From Brevibacterium luteolum (GTDB lineage Bacteria; Actinomycetota; Actinomycetes; Actinomycetales; Brevibacteriaceae), in NCBI RefSeq assembly GCF_013004595.1, contig NZ_JABEMC010000012.1:1-53687 (forward strand): a stretch of 53,687 bases of DNA. Direction: 5' to 3'. Positions 18,464 to 27,524 of this stretch are shown here, piece after piece. The notes under the pieces are model-generated. The model was given only the letters and a program-made list of their open reading frames with translations. It ran no database searches and was not told the DNA's origin. The position numbers and the translations under genes were made by a program. The number at the start of each line of letters is the position of its first letter. Positions within the stretch are counted from its first letter, which is position 1.

Positions 18464-19375
18464 TCAATTGTCGTTGAGATCCTGCACGTAGCGGCTTAGA
18501 CGCGCTTCCAATTCACTTGCGGCAAGCGACACCGGCCGACCAGCCTGAGCAAGCAACGACGCTGTAACCTGGCTTACGTTCGCGGCCGAAATTGGGCGAG
18601 AAACCAGGTTGGCATACGGGCGGGTAACGAAACCCGGCAGCAGTGCGTAGCCGGCGCCGGAAGCTGCAAACGCAACAAGTGCGTTCACCGACCCAGTCTC
18701 CATCCGTACTCGAAACGCTGTCCCTTCATCACGTTGTAAGTCATCGGTCAGTGCGCGCAGACCGAAACCCGGAAGCAGGAAGGCACCTGCATGCTCGGCT
18801 AGCATCGTGCAGGTGACCATCGAGACTTCAGCAAGCGGGTGATGGGGGCTGACCGCGACGGCAAGACTGTCCGTGCTCTCAGCGATCACACTGAGCGCGG
18901 CATCCGGAACCACATGCGCGCCAATTCCGTAGTCGACATCGGCATCAATCACAGCCTGGCGAATATCACTCGTGCCGGCGTTGAGCACCTCGACGGATAC
19001 GGCAGGATGTTCAGCGAAAACGCTGGGAAGGACTTCCTCTATCAAACCGGCGAGGAACCCTTCTCCTACAGCGATTCGGACTTTGCCTGAGAGTTCGTTG
19101 CGGGCGGCAGACAGTTCGTCTGCCAGGATGGCGTCCAAATCCTCGCGAGCCCGGACGTACCGTAGCAGTGCTTCGCCCGCCGGAGTCGGTCGCACTCCGG
19201 TGGCATGCCGATGCAGCAGCTCTTCACCTACCCGCTGTTCCAGGCTGCTGATCGTCCGGCTCAATGCCGGAGGACCGATGAATAGGCGCCTGGCAGCAGC
19301 TCGGATCGACCCGGCACTGACAACTTCGGCAAAATAAGTCAGCGCACGATCATCGGTGATGCTGAGGTCGGTCAT
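18464..19375 (-). CDS. LysR-family transcriptional regulator
   Basis: N-terminal HTH GSIRAAARRLFIGPPALSRTISSLE...PTPAG; 303 aa. Confidence 0.95.
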   Translation of the reverse strand: MTDLSITDDRALTYFAEVVSAGSIRAAARRLFIGPPALSRTISSLEQRVGEELLHRHATGVRPTPAGEALLRYVRAREDLDAILADELSAARNELSGKVRIAVGEGFLAGLIEEVLPSVFAEHPAVSVEVLNAGTSDIRQAVIDADVDYGIGAHVVPDAALSVIAESTDSLAVAVSPHHPLAEVSMVTCTMLAEHAGAFLLPGFGLRALTDDLQRDEGTAFRVRMETGSVNALVAFAASGAGYALLPGFVTRPYANLVSRPISAANVSQVTASLLAQAGRPVSLAASELEARLSRYVQDLNDN

Positions 19376-19487
19376 ATCAGCAGGATACGCCGCCGTGATG
19401 AGTCAGCTGCGCATCCGCCGCTCCGGTCCCAGACCCGGGCATCCTCCCAGCGACTCCACTAGCCGGCAACAACACTTGTAAGCGCGA

Positions 19488-19545
19488 CATAGCTCGACCT
19501 GGCCCTTCTTCAGCTGCATAGCTCGACCTGGCCCTTCTTCAGCTG
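19488..19545. repeat. Exact 29-bp tandem duplication
   Basis: CATAGCTCGACCTGGCCCTTCTTCAGCTG at 19488-19516 and 19517-19545. Confidence 0.95.
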
Positions 19546-19795
19546 CTAGGGAAGCACAGCAGCAGCCCGCTTACTTCCCATCGGATTCGGTGAGCGGGAA
19601 TGGATATCCTCTAAGGTGGCCTCGCCGCTATTTCGTTATAGTGAAGCCGATTGCAATGAGGGTCGCGTTCTCATACCCGCCCACTGCCGAGTGAGGCTTC
19701 TCCCTAGCACGCAGCCCGCTGCAGCTGAGCAGGGCTAACGCTGAGCAAAGTCACTGGTGAGAAGAGCTAGGGCTGAGCCAAACGCAGAGCTGACC

Positions 19796-19856
19796 AAAGT
19801 TAGAAAAGTTGTTCATGGTTGTGGCGCCGGAAACCATGAACAACTTTTCCAACTTT
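19796..19856. repeat. AT-rich inverted repeat with 25-bp arms downstream of pth
   Basis: AAAGTTAGAAAAGTTGTTCATGGTT-11nt-AACCATGAACAACTTTTCCAACTTT; the single mismatch becomes G-U on the minus strand. Confidence 0.9.
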
Positions 19857-19908
19857 CGCGGCGGCCCACATTAGCCAGCGGCCTTGGCCTGAGGCGCAGT
19901 CTCAGCCT

Positions 19909-20502
19909 TCAGCGGGAGTGGTACTTCTGCTGGGTCTCCGTCAGCCCTTCGGTCACGAGCATCTCGACGGCATCGGCGAGATCGCTGATGAACATCGGCA
20001 GGGTCTTCTTCTCGTCAGTGCTGAAGGGCCGCAGCACGAACGAGGCCGTGTCCATGCGGCCCGGCGGGCGGCCCACACCGGCCCGCACCCGCAGGTAGTC
20101 CTTGGTGCCGAGTGCCTGGGTGATCGAGCGCAGCCCGTTGTGCCCGCCTTCTCCCCCGCCGCGTTTGAGCTTGATGGCATCGAAGTCGAGGTCGACGTCG
20201 TCGTGGACGGCGATGAGGTTGGCCGCGGGCACTGAGTAGAACTTCAGCAGCGCCTGCGTCGGCCCTCCGGTGACGTTCATGTAACCCAGCGACTTCGCCA
20301 GCACCACGCGCGGTCCCGGCCTCCCGCCGATGCTGCCGAGCCGGCCCATCGCCGCGACCGCGCCGTGCTTGGTCTTGGTGAGGTTGAGGCTCATCCGGTC
20401 GGCGAGTTCGTCGACGGTCATCTGGCCGATGTTGTGCCGGGTCGGGGCATACCGCGCCCCGGGATTGCCCAAGCCCATGACGAGCCACGTCTCATCGGCC
20501 AT
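19909..20502 (-). CDS. pth: Peptidyl-tRNA hydrolase
   Basis: GLGNPG..Y..TRHNIG, YMN, VHDD, GGHNGLRS. Confidence 0.98.
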   Translation of the reverse strand: MADETWLVMGLGNPGARYAPTRHNIGQMTVDELADRMSLNLTKTKHGAVAAMGRLGSIGGRPGPRVVLAKSLGYMNVTGGPTQALLKFYSVPAANLIAVHDDVDLDFDAIKLKRGGGEGGHNGLRSITQALGTKDYLRVRAGVGRPPGRMDTASFVLRPFSTDEKKTLPMFISDLADAVEMLVTEGLTETQQKYHSR

Positions 20503-20640
20503 CGCCGTCCTCCTTCGTGATCGCCGGCTATGTTCCTGCCGGTCATGTCTACGGTAGCGACTGAGTGAGCCTCGCGTGGCTTAGATCAGGCTTACCTGTC
20601 GTGCCTGACCGCGCCCGAGGCCGTGGTGGGGTGAATGCCG

Positions 20641-20674
20641 CAGCGGCAGGTCCCCGGGTGGGAACCTGCCGCTG
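20641..20674 (-). terminator. GC-rich hairpin downstream of rplY
   Basis: CAGCGGCAGGT...ACCTGCCGCTG; no clear U tract. Confidence 0.5.
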
Positions 20675-20727
20675 CGTGCTCAGAGGTGAGCCGGCGCTCA
20701 GCCCGGCGTCTCAGCTGAGTGAGAGGA

Positions 20728-21405
20728 TCACTCCTCGTCGTCGCCCTCAGCCTCGGCGTCGCCGCCCTGGGCCTCGGCGTCACTCTCAGCCGGAGCACCG
20801 GTGGCCGCAGCGACCTCTTCATCCACCGCGTCGGACTCGAGTTCGGCCTCGAGCTGCTCTTCGGAGAGCTCAGCGGAGATGTTGACGATGAGCAGCTCGG
20901 GATCGTCGACGAGCTCGGTGCCCTTCGGGACGGTGACGTCGGAGGCGTAGACGTGCTCGCCGACCTCGCGGCCCTCGATGGAGACCTCGACGGACTCCGG
21001 CAGGCTGGTGGCTTCGGCCAGCAGGCGGATGACCTGGTTGTCGATGGAGACGACGGTACCGGGTGCAGCTTCGCCCTCGACGACGACCGGGACCTCGACC
21101 TCGATCTTCTCGCCGCGCTTGACGATGATGAGGTCGAGGTGCTCGATGTTCCAGGTCACCGGGTGACGCTGGATGTCACGGGCGATGGCCAGGCGGTTCT
21201 TCGAGCCGTCCGGGCTTTCGATCTCGAGCAGGGCGTTGGGCATCTTCATCGCCATCATGGTGGCGTGGCCGTCGAGTGCCAGGTGGATGGGGTCCTCGCC
21301 GTGGCCGTAGAGGACTGCAGGAACCTTGTCTGCGCGGCGGAGCCGGCGGGCAGCGCCCTTGCCGAAGTCGTCGCGGCGTTCTGCGATGAGCTTGAAGTCA
21401 GCCAT
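20728..21405 (-). CDS. rplY: 50S ribosomal protein L25/Ctc
   Basis: GKGAARRLRR...VPAVLYG, IQRHPV, HLD; acidic tail; prs-rplY-pth synteny. Confidence 0.97.
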   Translation of the reverse strand: MADFKLIAERRDDFGKGAARRLRRADKVPAVLYGHGEDPIHLALDGHATMMAMKMPNALLEIESPDGSKNRLAIARDIQRHPVTWNIEHLDLIIVKRGEKIEVEVPVVVEGEAAPGTVVSIDNQVIRLLAEATSLPESVEVSIEGREVGEHVYASDVTVPKGTELVDDPELLIVNISAELSEEQLEAELESDAVDEEVAAATGAPAESDAEAQGGDAEAEGDDEE

Positions 21406-21568
21406 TTTCTTCTCCTTCGTGGTGTGAGCACCACGGCGGACGAGCCTCGTGGTCGCTCCCGGGCCGGCACCGAGGTGGTGGCGGCGGCGCTGTGCGCCGG
21501 AGAAGGGGGCTTACGAGAACCGCGTCGATCACGGAAACATGGGTTTCCCTCGCCGAGGTAACTCGTCA

Positions 21569-21597
21569 AGGATACTCGCCTGGCGCCTCGGCGGCAA
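21569..21597 (-). promoter_or_regulatory. Putative SigA promoter of rplY (-35 TTGCCG, 17 nt spacer, -10 TATCCT)
   Basis: Canonical spacing. The -35 lies in one copy of a 19-bp repeat (21586-21604 and 21611-21629). Confidence 0.55.
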
Positions 21598-21684
21598 AAC
21601 GACTCCGGCACCTCGGCGGCAAACCGACTGCGGCGCCCCGGCCGGTGCCGGGACGCCGCAGGGAGCCCGAGAGTCAGGCGCAGG

Positions 21685-22659
21685 TCATTCGATCTCGAAC
21701 AGGCTGGTGACCGAGCCGTCTTCGAACACCTCGTGCACGGCGCGGGCGAGCAGCGGGGCGATCGAGAGCACGGTGAGCTTGTCGAACTTCTGCGAGTCCT
21801 CCAGCGGCAGCGTGTTCGTCACGATCACCTCGGAGGCGCACGAGTTCTTCAGCCGCTCGACAGCCGGGCCGGAGAAGACGGCATGTGTCGAGACGATGAC
21901 CACGCCCTTCGCACCGGCTTCCATGCAGGCATCGGCGGCCTGGACGATGGTGCCGCCGGTGTCGATCATGTCATCGACGAGCACTGCGGTGCGTCCTTCG
22001 ACGTCGCCGACGACGCGGTTGGCCTTCGTCTGGTTGGGCCGGTTGATGTCGCGGGTCTTGTGGATGAAGGCCAGCGGCACGCCGCCGAGGGCAGACGACC
22101 AGTTCTCGGCGACTTTGATGCGGCCGGCGTCCGGGGACACGACAGCCAGTTCGCCCGGATGGTTCTGCTTGACGTAGTCGGCCAGGATCGGCAGGGCCAC
22201 GAGGTGGTCGACCGGTCCGTCGAAGAAGCCCTGGATCTGCGCGGTGTGCAGGTCGACGGCGATGAGCCGATCGGCGCCGGCGGCCTTGTACATGTCAGCG
22301 ACGAGACGCGCGGAGATCGGCTCGCGGCCGCGGTGCTTCTTGTCCTGGCGGGCGTAGGGGAAGAACGGGGCGATCACGGTGATGCGCTTGGCTGAGGCGC
22401 GCTTGAGCGCATCGACCATGAGCAGCTGCTCCATCAGCCAGTCGTTGATCGGGGCGCAGTGGGACTGCATGACGAACACATCCGAGCCGCGCACCGACTC
22501 GGAGTAGCGGACGTAGATCTCACCATTGGCGAAGTTGTAGATGTCGGTGGGCAGCAGTTCAGTGCCCAGACATTCAGCGACCTGCTCGGCCAGCTCCATG
22601 TTCGCCCGGCCGGTGACGAGGACGAGCTCCTTCTCACCGGCTGCCGTAATCTTATTCAC
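21685..22659 (-). CDS. prs: Ribose-phosphate diphosphokinase
   Basis: FANGE, PYARQDKK, DLHTAQIQGFF, VSPDAG, VDDMIDTGGT. Confidence 0.99.
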   Translation of the reverse strand: MNKITAAGEKELVLVTGRANMELAEQVAECLGTELLPTDIYNFANGEIYVRYSESVRGSDVFVMQSHCAPINDWLMEQLLMVDALKRASAKRITVIAPFFPYARQDKKHRGREPISARLVADMYKAAGADRLIAVDLHTAQIQGFFDGPVDHLVALPILADYVKQNHPGELAVVSPDAGRIKVAENWSSALGGVPLAFIHKTRDINRPNQTKANRVVGDVEGRTAVLVDDMIDTGGTIVQAADACMEAGAKGVVIVSTHAVFSGPAVERLKNSCASEVIVTNTLPLEDSQKFDKLTVLSIAPLLARAVHEVFEDGSVTSLFEIE

Positions 22660-24116
22660 TACTCCGACTCCTTCTGCGTTTGCTGAGCAGCCTCGGCAGC
22701 CTGGGCGGCAGGCGTACCTGGACGGTTCTTCACTACCCAGTCTTCAACATTGCGCTGAGGTGCGACCGTGATGGCCAGCGCCCCAGGCGGAACATCCTTG
22801 CGGATCACGGTGCTCGCTCCCGAGTAGGCGCCGTCGCCTACTGTGACGGGGGCGACGAACATCGTGTCCGAGCCGGTGCGGCAGTAGGAGCCGATGGTGG
22901 TGTGGTGCTTGTTGATGCCGTCGTAGTTGACGAACACGGAGGCAGCGCCGATGTTGGTGTGCTCCCCGATCGTCGCATCTCCGACATAGGACAGGTGCGG
23001 GACCTTCGAGCCGGCGCCGATCTTGGCGTTCTTCGTCTCGACGAAGGTGCCGATCTTGCCCTCGGTGCCCAGCTCGGTGCCCGGGCGCAGGTAGGCGAAG
23101 GGCCCGACGGTGGCGTTCTCGCCGATGACGGCCAGCTGGCCGTGGGTGCGCACAACCTGGGCGCCGGCACGGACCTCGGTGTCCGTCAGCGTCGTGTCGG
23201 GTCCGATGACCGCGCCCGAGGCGATGTCGCAGGCGCCGTAGAGCTGCACGCCGGGCAGGATGGTCGCGTCGGCGGCGAGCACCGCATCGGCGTCGATCCA
23301 CGTAGTGTCGGGGTCGACGACGGTGACTCCTGCGCGCATCCAGTTCTCGATGACGCGCTTGTTGAGCTCCTTGCCCAGCTGGGCGAGCTGCACACGGTCG
23401 TTAGCTCCCTCAACCTGCCAGAAGTCCTCGATCGCTCGGGCGGCGACAGCCCCACCGGCGGCGCGGGCGATGCCGATGACATCGGTGAGGTACTTCTCCG
23501 CCTGGGCGTTGTCGGTCGAGACCTGCGCAAGGGACTCACGCAGCACAGCCGCGTCGAAGGCGTAGATGCCGGAGTTGATCTCCGTGATCTGCTTCTCCTC
23601 GGCGCTGGCGTCTTTCTCCTCGACGATGCGTTCGAGGTTGCCGGCGGCGTCGCGGACGATGCGCCCGTAGCCGTGCGGGCGGGCGACCTCGGCGGAGAGC
23701 ACAGTGACCGCCCCAGAGCGCTGCTCGTGGAAGTCGACGAGGTCCGAGAGCGTCTCAGCGGTCAGCAGCGGCACGTCGCCGTAGGTGACGACGATGGTGC
23801 CGGTGAGGTCTTCGGGCAGCTGGGTGAGCGCGCATTCGGCGGCGCGTCCGGTGCCGGGGATGTCGTCCTGGTCAGCGACGAGCACCTGCCGGTCGATCGC
23901 CTCGGCAATGGCCGAGACATGCTCGGCGACCTGCTCACGGGCGTGCCGGAGGACGACGACGAGGTGCTGGGGCTGGGCACCAGCGGCGGCATTGATCGCA
24001 TGGTGGAGCAGCGACCGGCCGCCGATCGGATGCATGACCTTCGGTGTGGCGGACTTCATTCTCGTGCCTTCGCCGGCGGCCAGCACGATGACGGCTGCGG
24101 GGCGGTTGACGGTCAT
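22659..24116 (-). CDS. glmU: Bifunctional UDP-GlcNAc diphosphorylase/glucosamine-1-P acetyltransferase
   Basis: LAAGEGTRMKS, GYGRIVR, EINSGIY, hexapeptide repeats, PHLSYVGDA. Confidence 0.99.
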   Translation of the reverse strand: MTVNRPAAVIVLAAGEGTRMKSATPKVMHPIGGRSLLHHAINAAAGAQPQHLVVVLRHAREQVAEHVSAIAEAIDRQVLVADQDDIPGTGRAAECALTQLPEDLTGTIVVTYGDVPLLTAETLSDLVDFHEQRSGAVTVLSAEVARPHGYGRIVRDAAGNLERIVEEKDASAEEKQITEINSGIYAFDAAVLRESLAQVSTDNAQAEKYLTDVIGIARAAGGAVAARAIEDFWQVEGANDRVQLAQLGKELNKRVIENWMRAGVTVVDPDTTWIDADAVLAADATILPGVQLYGACDIASGAVIGPDTTLTDTEVRAGAQVVRTHGQLAVIGENATVGPFAYLRPGTELGTEGKIGTFVETKNAKIGAGSKVPHLSYVGDATIGEHTNIGAASVFVNYDGINKHHTTIGSYCRTGSDTMFVAPVTVGDGAYSGASTVIRKDVPPGALAITVAPQRNVEDWVVKNRPGTPAAQAAEAAQQTQKESE

Positions 24117-24154
24117 GTTCACTCCTTCATCCGGGTGGCCGGATCGTCGACGCG

Positions 24155-24226
24155 CTCCGCCCATAGGATTCGAACCTATACTGCACGGCTCCAAAGGCCG
24201 GCGTGCTGCCATTACACCAGGGCGGA
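24155..24226 (-). tRNA. tRNA-Gln (anticodon TTG), CCA not encoded
   Basis: TCCGCCCTGGTGTAATGGCAGCACGCCGGCCTTTGGAGCCGTGCAGTATAGGTTCGAATCCTATGGGCGGAG cloverleaf; usual position upstream of glmU. Confidence 0.96.
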
Positions 24227-24301
24227 TCATGCAGTCCCGGCCGCCCGCAGACCCCGGGGCCGCGATTACTCGGGCACAATCTTGCCACTAGAATGAAGCC
24301 T

Positions 24302-24703
24302 ATGGAAATTCTTCGCGATATTCTCCTGTTCCTGCACCTGCTCGGCATGGCGATCATCATCGGCGGTTACTTCGCCGCGATCCGCCGACCCCATGTCATG
24401 CCCGGAATGTTGCACGCCGCCTACCTCCAGCTCATCACCGGCATCGGTCTCGTCGGCATCATCGAGATGGCCGGTGACCCGTCTGCCGCCTTCCACATGA
24501 AGGTCGGCATCAAGGCGCTGCTCGCCATCGCCGTGGCCGTCACCGCGTTCATCGGCAACCGCAAGCAGAAGCGCGCCCACGCCACCGCCGGTGCCGGCGA
24601 ACCGGCCGCTGCGACCGGCTCGGAGCCCAGCGCCGGCCTCGCCCACGCGACGTTCGCACTCGCCCTGCTGGCGGTGCTCGTCGCCGTGTTCGTCAACGTC
24701 TGA
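24302..24703 (+). CDS. Conserved actinobacterial 4-TM membrane protein
   Basis: LFLHLLGMAIIIGG, QLITGIGLVG, KVGIK; TAGAAT 7 nt before the ATG. Confidence 0.8.
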   Translation: MEILRDILLFLHLLGMAIIIGGYFAAIRRPHVMPGMLHAAYLQLITGIGLVGIIEMAGDPSAAFHMKVGIKALLAIAVAVTAFIGNRKQKRAHATAGAGEPAAATGSEPSAGLAHATFALALLAVLVAVFVNV

Positions 24704-24722
24704 GCCGACTGCCGCTCAAGGA

Positions 24723-24754
24723 GATGCCGGCGCCCTGTCACGGGTGCCGGCATC
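24723..24754 (+). terminator. Hairpin terminator
   Basis: GATGCCGGCGCCC-tgtcac-GGGTGCCGGCATC followed by a pyrimidine-rich tail. Confidence 0.6.
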
Positions 24755-24829
24755 GTCGTCTTCTTCCCTCGCGCCCGAGGCGGTCGGCACCTTGGCCGCG
24801 TCTGGCCCGGTTGGTAGATTGCTAAGACC

Positions 24830-27403
24830 ATGTCTTCACTCTTCGAGTTCCTCAACACCGCCCCGGATTCCCCTCCGCCGCACGCTGCGCTGCCGGAGAT
24901 GCCCGTGCCCGAGGCGCCGGCTGACTTCGCTGACATCGCCCACCCGGCTGACGACGCCGATGCTGAACTCGGCGTGCCTGAGGCGGCAGGTGAGACCGGT
25001 GCTGCAGGCGCCCACCGCCTCGGTGCCGGTGACCCGGCCGAGCTGCTCGATGGGCTCAATCCCGAGCAGTCTGCTGCGGTCACGCATGCCGGGTCGCCGC
25101 TGCTCATCGTCGCTGGCGCCGGTTCGGGCAAGACGACGGTGCTCACCCGCCGGATCGCCTATGCGCTGCGCACCGGACGCGCCCATCCCGGCCAGGTGCT
25201 CGCGATCACGTTCACGAACAAGGCCGCCAAGGAGATGCAGGAGCGCATCGGCGCGCTCATCGGCCCGCAGGCGCGCGGCATGTGGGTGTCGACGTTCCAT
25301 TCGGCGTGTGTGCGGATCCTGCGGCGGGAGGCGAAGACGTTGGGCATGAAGTCGAACTTCGCCGTCTACGATGCGCAGGATTCGCTGCGGCTCATCACGC
25401 AGGTCGCCCGTGAGGCCGATGTCGATGTCAAGCGTTTCACCCCCAAGTCGCTGCAGCACCGGATCTCAGCGCTGAAGAACGACCTCATCACCGCTGAGGA
25501 CTATGCCGGGCAGGCGCGGATGGACAATCCGGCCGTTCAGGCCGTCGCCGAGGTGTACCGCCGGTACGCTGAGCGGCTGCGGCTGGCCAATGCGTTCGAC
25601 TTCGATGACCTCATCATGGAGACGGTGCATCTGCTCGGCGCCTTCGCCGACGTCGCCGCCTACTACCGCAGCCGGTTCCAGCACATCCTCGTCGATGAGT
25701 ATCAGGACACGAACCCGGCCCAGTATGCGCTCATCCGGGCGTTGGCCGGGGCTGATGCCGATCATCTCTCGGCGGAACTGACCGTCGTCGGCGATGCCGA
25801 TCAGTCGATCTACGCCTTCCGCGGGGCGACGGTGCGCAACATCGTCGAGTTCGAAAAGGACTTCCCGCAGGCGCGTACCATCCTGCTGGAGCAGAACTAC
25901 CGGTCGACGCAGAACATCCTCTCAGCCGCGAATGCGGTCATCGCCAACAATGAGGACCGCAAGGACAAGCGGCTGTGGACGGCTGCCGGTGACGGTGCGC
26001 CAGTCGTCGGCTGGGTGGCCGAGAACGAGCAGGCTGAAGCGCAGTTCATCGTCGACCGGATCGATGAGCTCATCGACCAAGGCGACACCGTCTACGGCGA
26101 CTGTGCGGTGTTCTACCGCACGAACGCCCAGTCCCGTGCGATCGAGGATGCGCTCGTGCGCGCCGGCATGCCCTACCGGGTCGTCGGCGGCACCCGGTTC
26201 TATGAGCGCAAGGAGATCAAGGACGCCCTCGCCTACCTGCGGGTGCTGGCGAACCCGGCCGATGACGTCAACCTGCGCCGCATCATCAACGTGCCCAAGC
26301 GCTCGATCGGCGACCGGACGGTCGCGATGCTCGGTGCGTTCGCCGAACGCGAGCGGGTGACCTTCTTCGAGGCGCTCGAACGCGCAGACGAGGTGCCGGG
26401 GCTCTCCAGCCGGGCGAAGGGCCCGCTGGAGAAGTTCCGGGCGCTTTTCGCAGACCTGCAGTCGACGGCAGAGGGCGCGCAGGTCGCCCGCGTGCTCGAA
26501 TCGGTGCTCGAGCAGACCGGGTATCTGGCCGAGCTGCAGGCCAGCACAGATCCGCAGGACGAGTCGCGGGTGGACAACCTCGCCGAACTCGTCGCCGTTG
26601 CCGAGGCCTTCGATGCCCGCGGTGAGGGGGCGACGCTCGATGACTTCCTCGAGCTCGTGTCGCTGTCCTCGGATGCCGACCAGATCCCGGGTGAGGAGTC
26701 CGGGGAAGTCACGCTCATGACCCTGCACACGGCCAAGGGTCTGGAGTTTCCGACCGTGTTCCTCACCGGTATGGAGGACGGCAGCTTCCCGCACCAGCGC
26801 TCCTTCAACGATCCGTCAGAGATGTCCGAGGAGCGCCGGCTGGCCTATGTCGGGCTGACACGTGCGCAGAAGCGGCTCATCCTCACGCGCGCGGAGACCC
26901 GCAGCATGTGGGGCCAGCCGCAGTACAACCCGCCCAGCCGGTTCCTCACCGAGATCCCCGCCTCGCTCATCGAGTGGGAGAGCACCGGCACCCTGTCAGC
27001 CGAGGCCCTCACCGCTGCCTCCGGCGGTTCTGGTGCTGGCGGGTTCGGCAGTTCGTACGGCGGCAGGTTCGGCAGTTCGTACGGCGGCGGGTCCACCGGC
27101 GGCTCCTACGGCGGCGGGTTCACCGGCGGGTCGGGCTCGTTCCGCTCCAACTCGGCGGCCGGGCGCAGCTCGTCGTCGCGTGCGGCGTCGAAGTCACCGG
27201 GCACCGGGTTCCCCAACCGCATCCGGCCCAACCGCGAGGTCGTCCAGGTCGCTGCCGGCGACCGGGTTTCGCATGATTCCTTCGGCCTCGGCACCGTCAT
27301 CGAGGTCAAGGGCAGCGGTGACAAGACCGTCGCCGTCGTCGACTTCAAGTCGCTGGGCACCAAACGGCTGCTCATGCGCTATGCCCCGGTCGAGAAGCTC
27401 TGA
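24830..27403 (+). CDS. pcrA: ATP-dependent DNA helicase PcrA/UvrD1
   Basis: AGAGSGKT, FTNKAA, VDEYQDTN, GDADQSIY, QNYRS, TLHTAKGLEF, EERRLAYVGLTRA; C-terminal Tudor-like domain. Confidence 0.98.
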   Translation: MSSLFEFLNTAPDSPPPHAALPEMPVPEAPADFADIAHPADDADAELGVPEAAGETGAAGAHRLGAGDPAELLDGLNPEQSAAVTHAGSPLLIVAGAGSGKTTVLTRRIAYALRTGRAHPGQVLAITFTNKAAKEMQERIGALIGPQARGMWVSTFHSACVRILRREAKTLGMKSNFAVYDAQDSLRLITQVAREADVDVKRFTPKSLQHRISALKNDLITAEDYAGQARMDNPAVQAVAEVYRRYAERLRLANAFDFDDLIMETVHLLGAFADVAAYYRSRFQHILVDEYQDTNPAQYALIRALAGADADHLSAELTVVGDADQSIYAFRGATVRNIVEFEKDFPQARTILLEQNYRSTQNILSAANAVIANNEDRKDKRLWTAAGDGAPVVGWVAENEQAEAQFIVDRIDELIDQGDTVYGDCAVFYRTNAQSRAIEDALVRAGMPYRVVGGTRFYERKEIKDALAYLRVLANPADDVNLRRIINVPKRSIGDRTVAMLGAFAERERVTFFEALERADEVPGLSSRAKGPLEKFRALFADLQSTAEGAQVARVLESVLEQTGYLAELQASTDPQDESRVDNLAELVAVAEAFDARGEGATLDDFLELVSLSSDADQIPGEESGEVTLMTLHTAKGLEFPTVFLTGMEDGSFPHQRSFNDPSEMSEERRLAYVGLTRAQKRLILTRAETRSMWGQPQYNPPSRFLTEIPASLIEWESTGTLSAEALTAASGGSGAGGFGSSYGGRFGSSYGGGSTGGSYGGGFTGGSGSFRSNSAAGRSSSSRAASKSPGTGFPNRIRPNREVVQVAAGDRVSHDSFGLGTVIEVKGSGDKTVAVVDFKSLGTKRLLMRYAPVEKL

Positions 27404-27436
27404 CGGATCCGAGCAGCCTCGGGCGCGGTGGACACG

Positions 27437-27472
27437 ACGCAGGCCCAGCACGGTGCGGTGCTGGGCCTGCGT
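27437..27472. terminator. Hairpin between convergent pcrA and antitoxin-like genes
   Basis: ACGCAGGCCCAGCAC-ggtgcg-GTGCTGGGCCTGCGT. Confidence 0.7.
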
Positions 27473-27524
27473 GTCAGTCTGGGCCTGAATCAGCCCGTGA
27501 TCTGCGTGTCGGTCTACAGGGGCG

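Noticed and set aside
19488..19545. 29-bp repeat as a possible CRISPR array
   Set aside because: Only two directly adjacent copies, no spacer and no cas genes.
14620..19910. att sites, target-site duplication or integrase for the DUF3100 islet
   Set aside because: Only a weak CTGAGG...GTCTC resemblance between the flanks and no mobility gene, so it is not called a mobile element.
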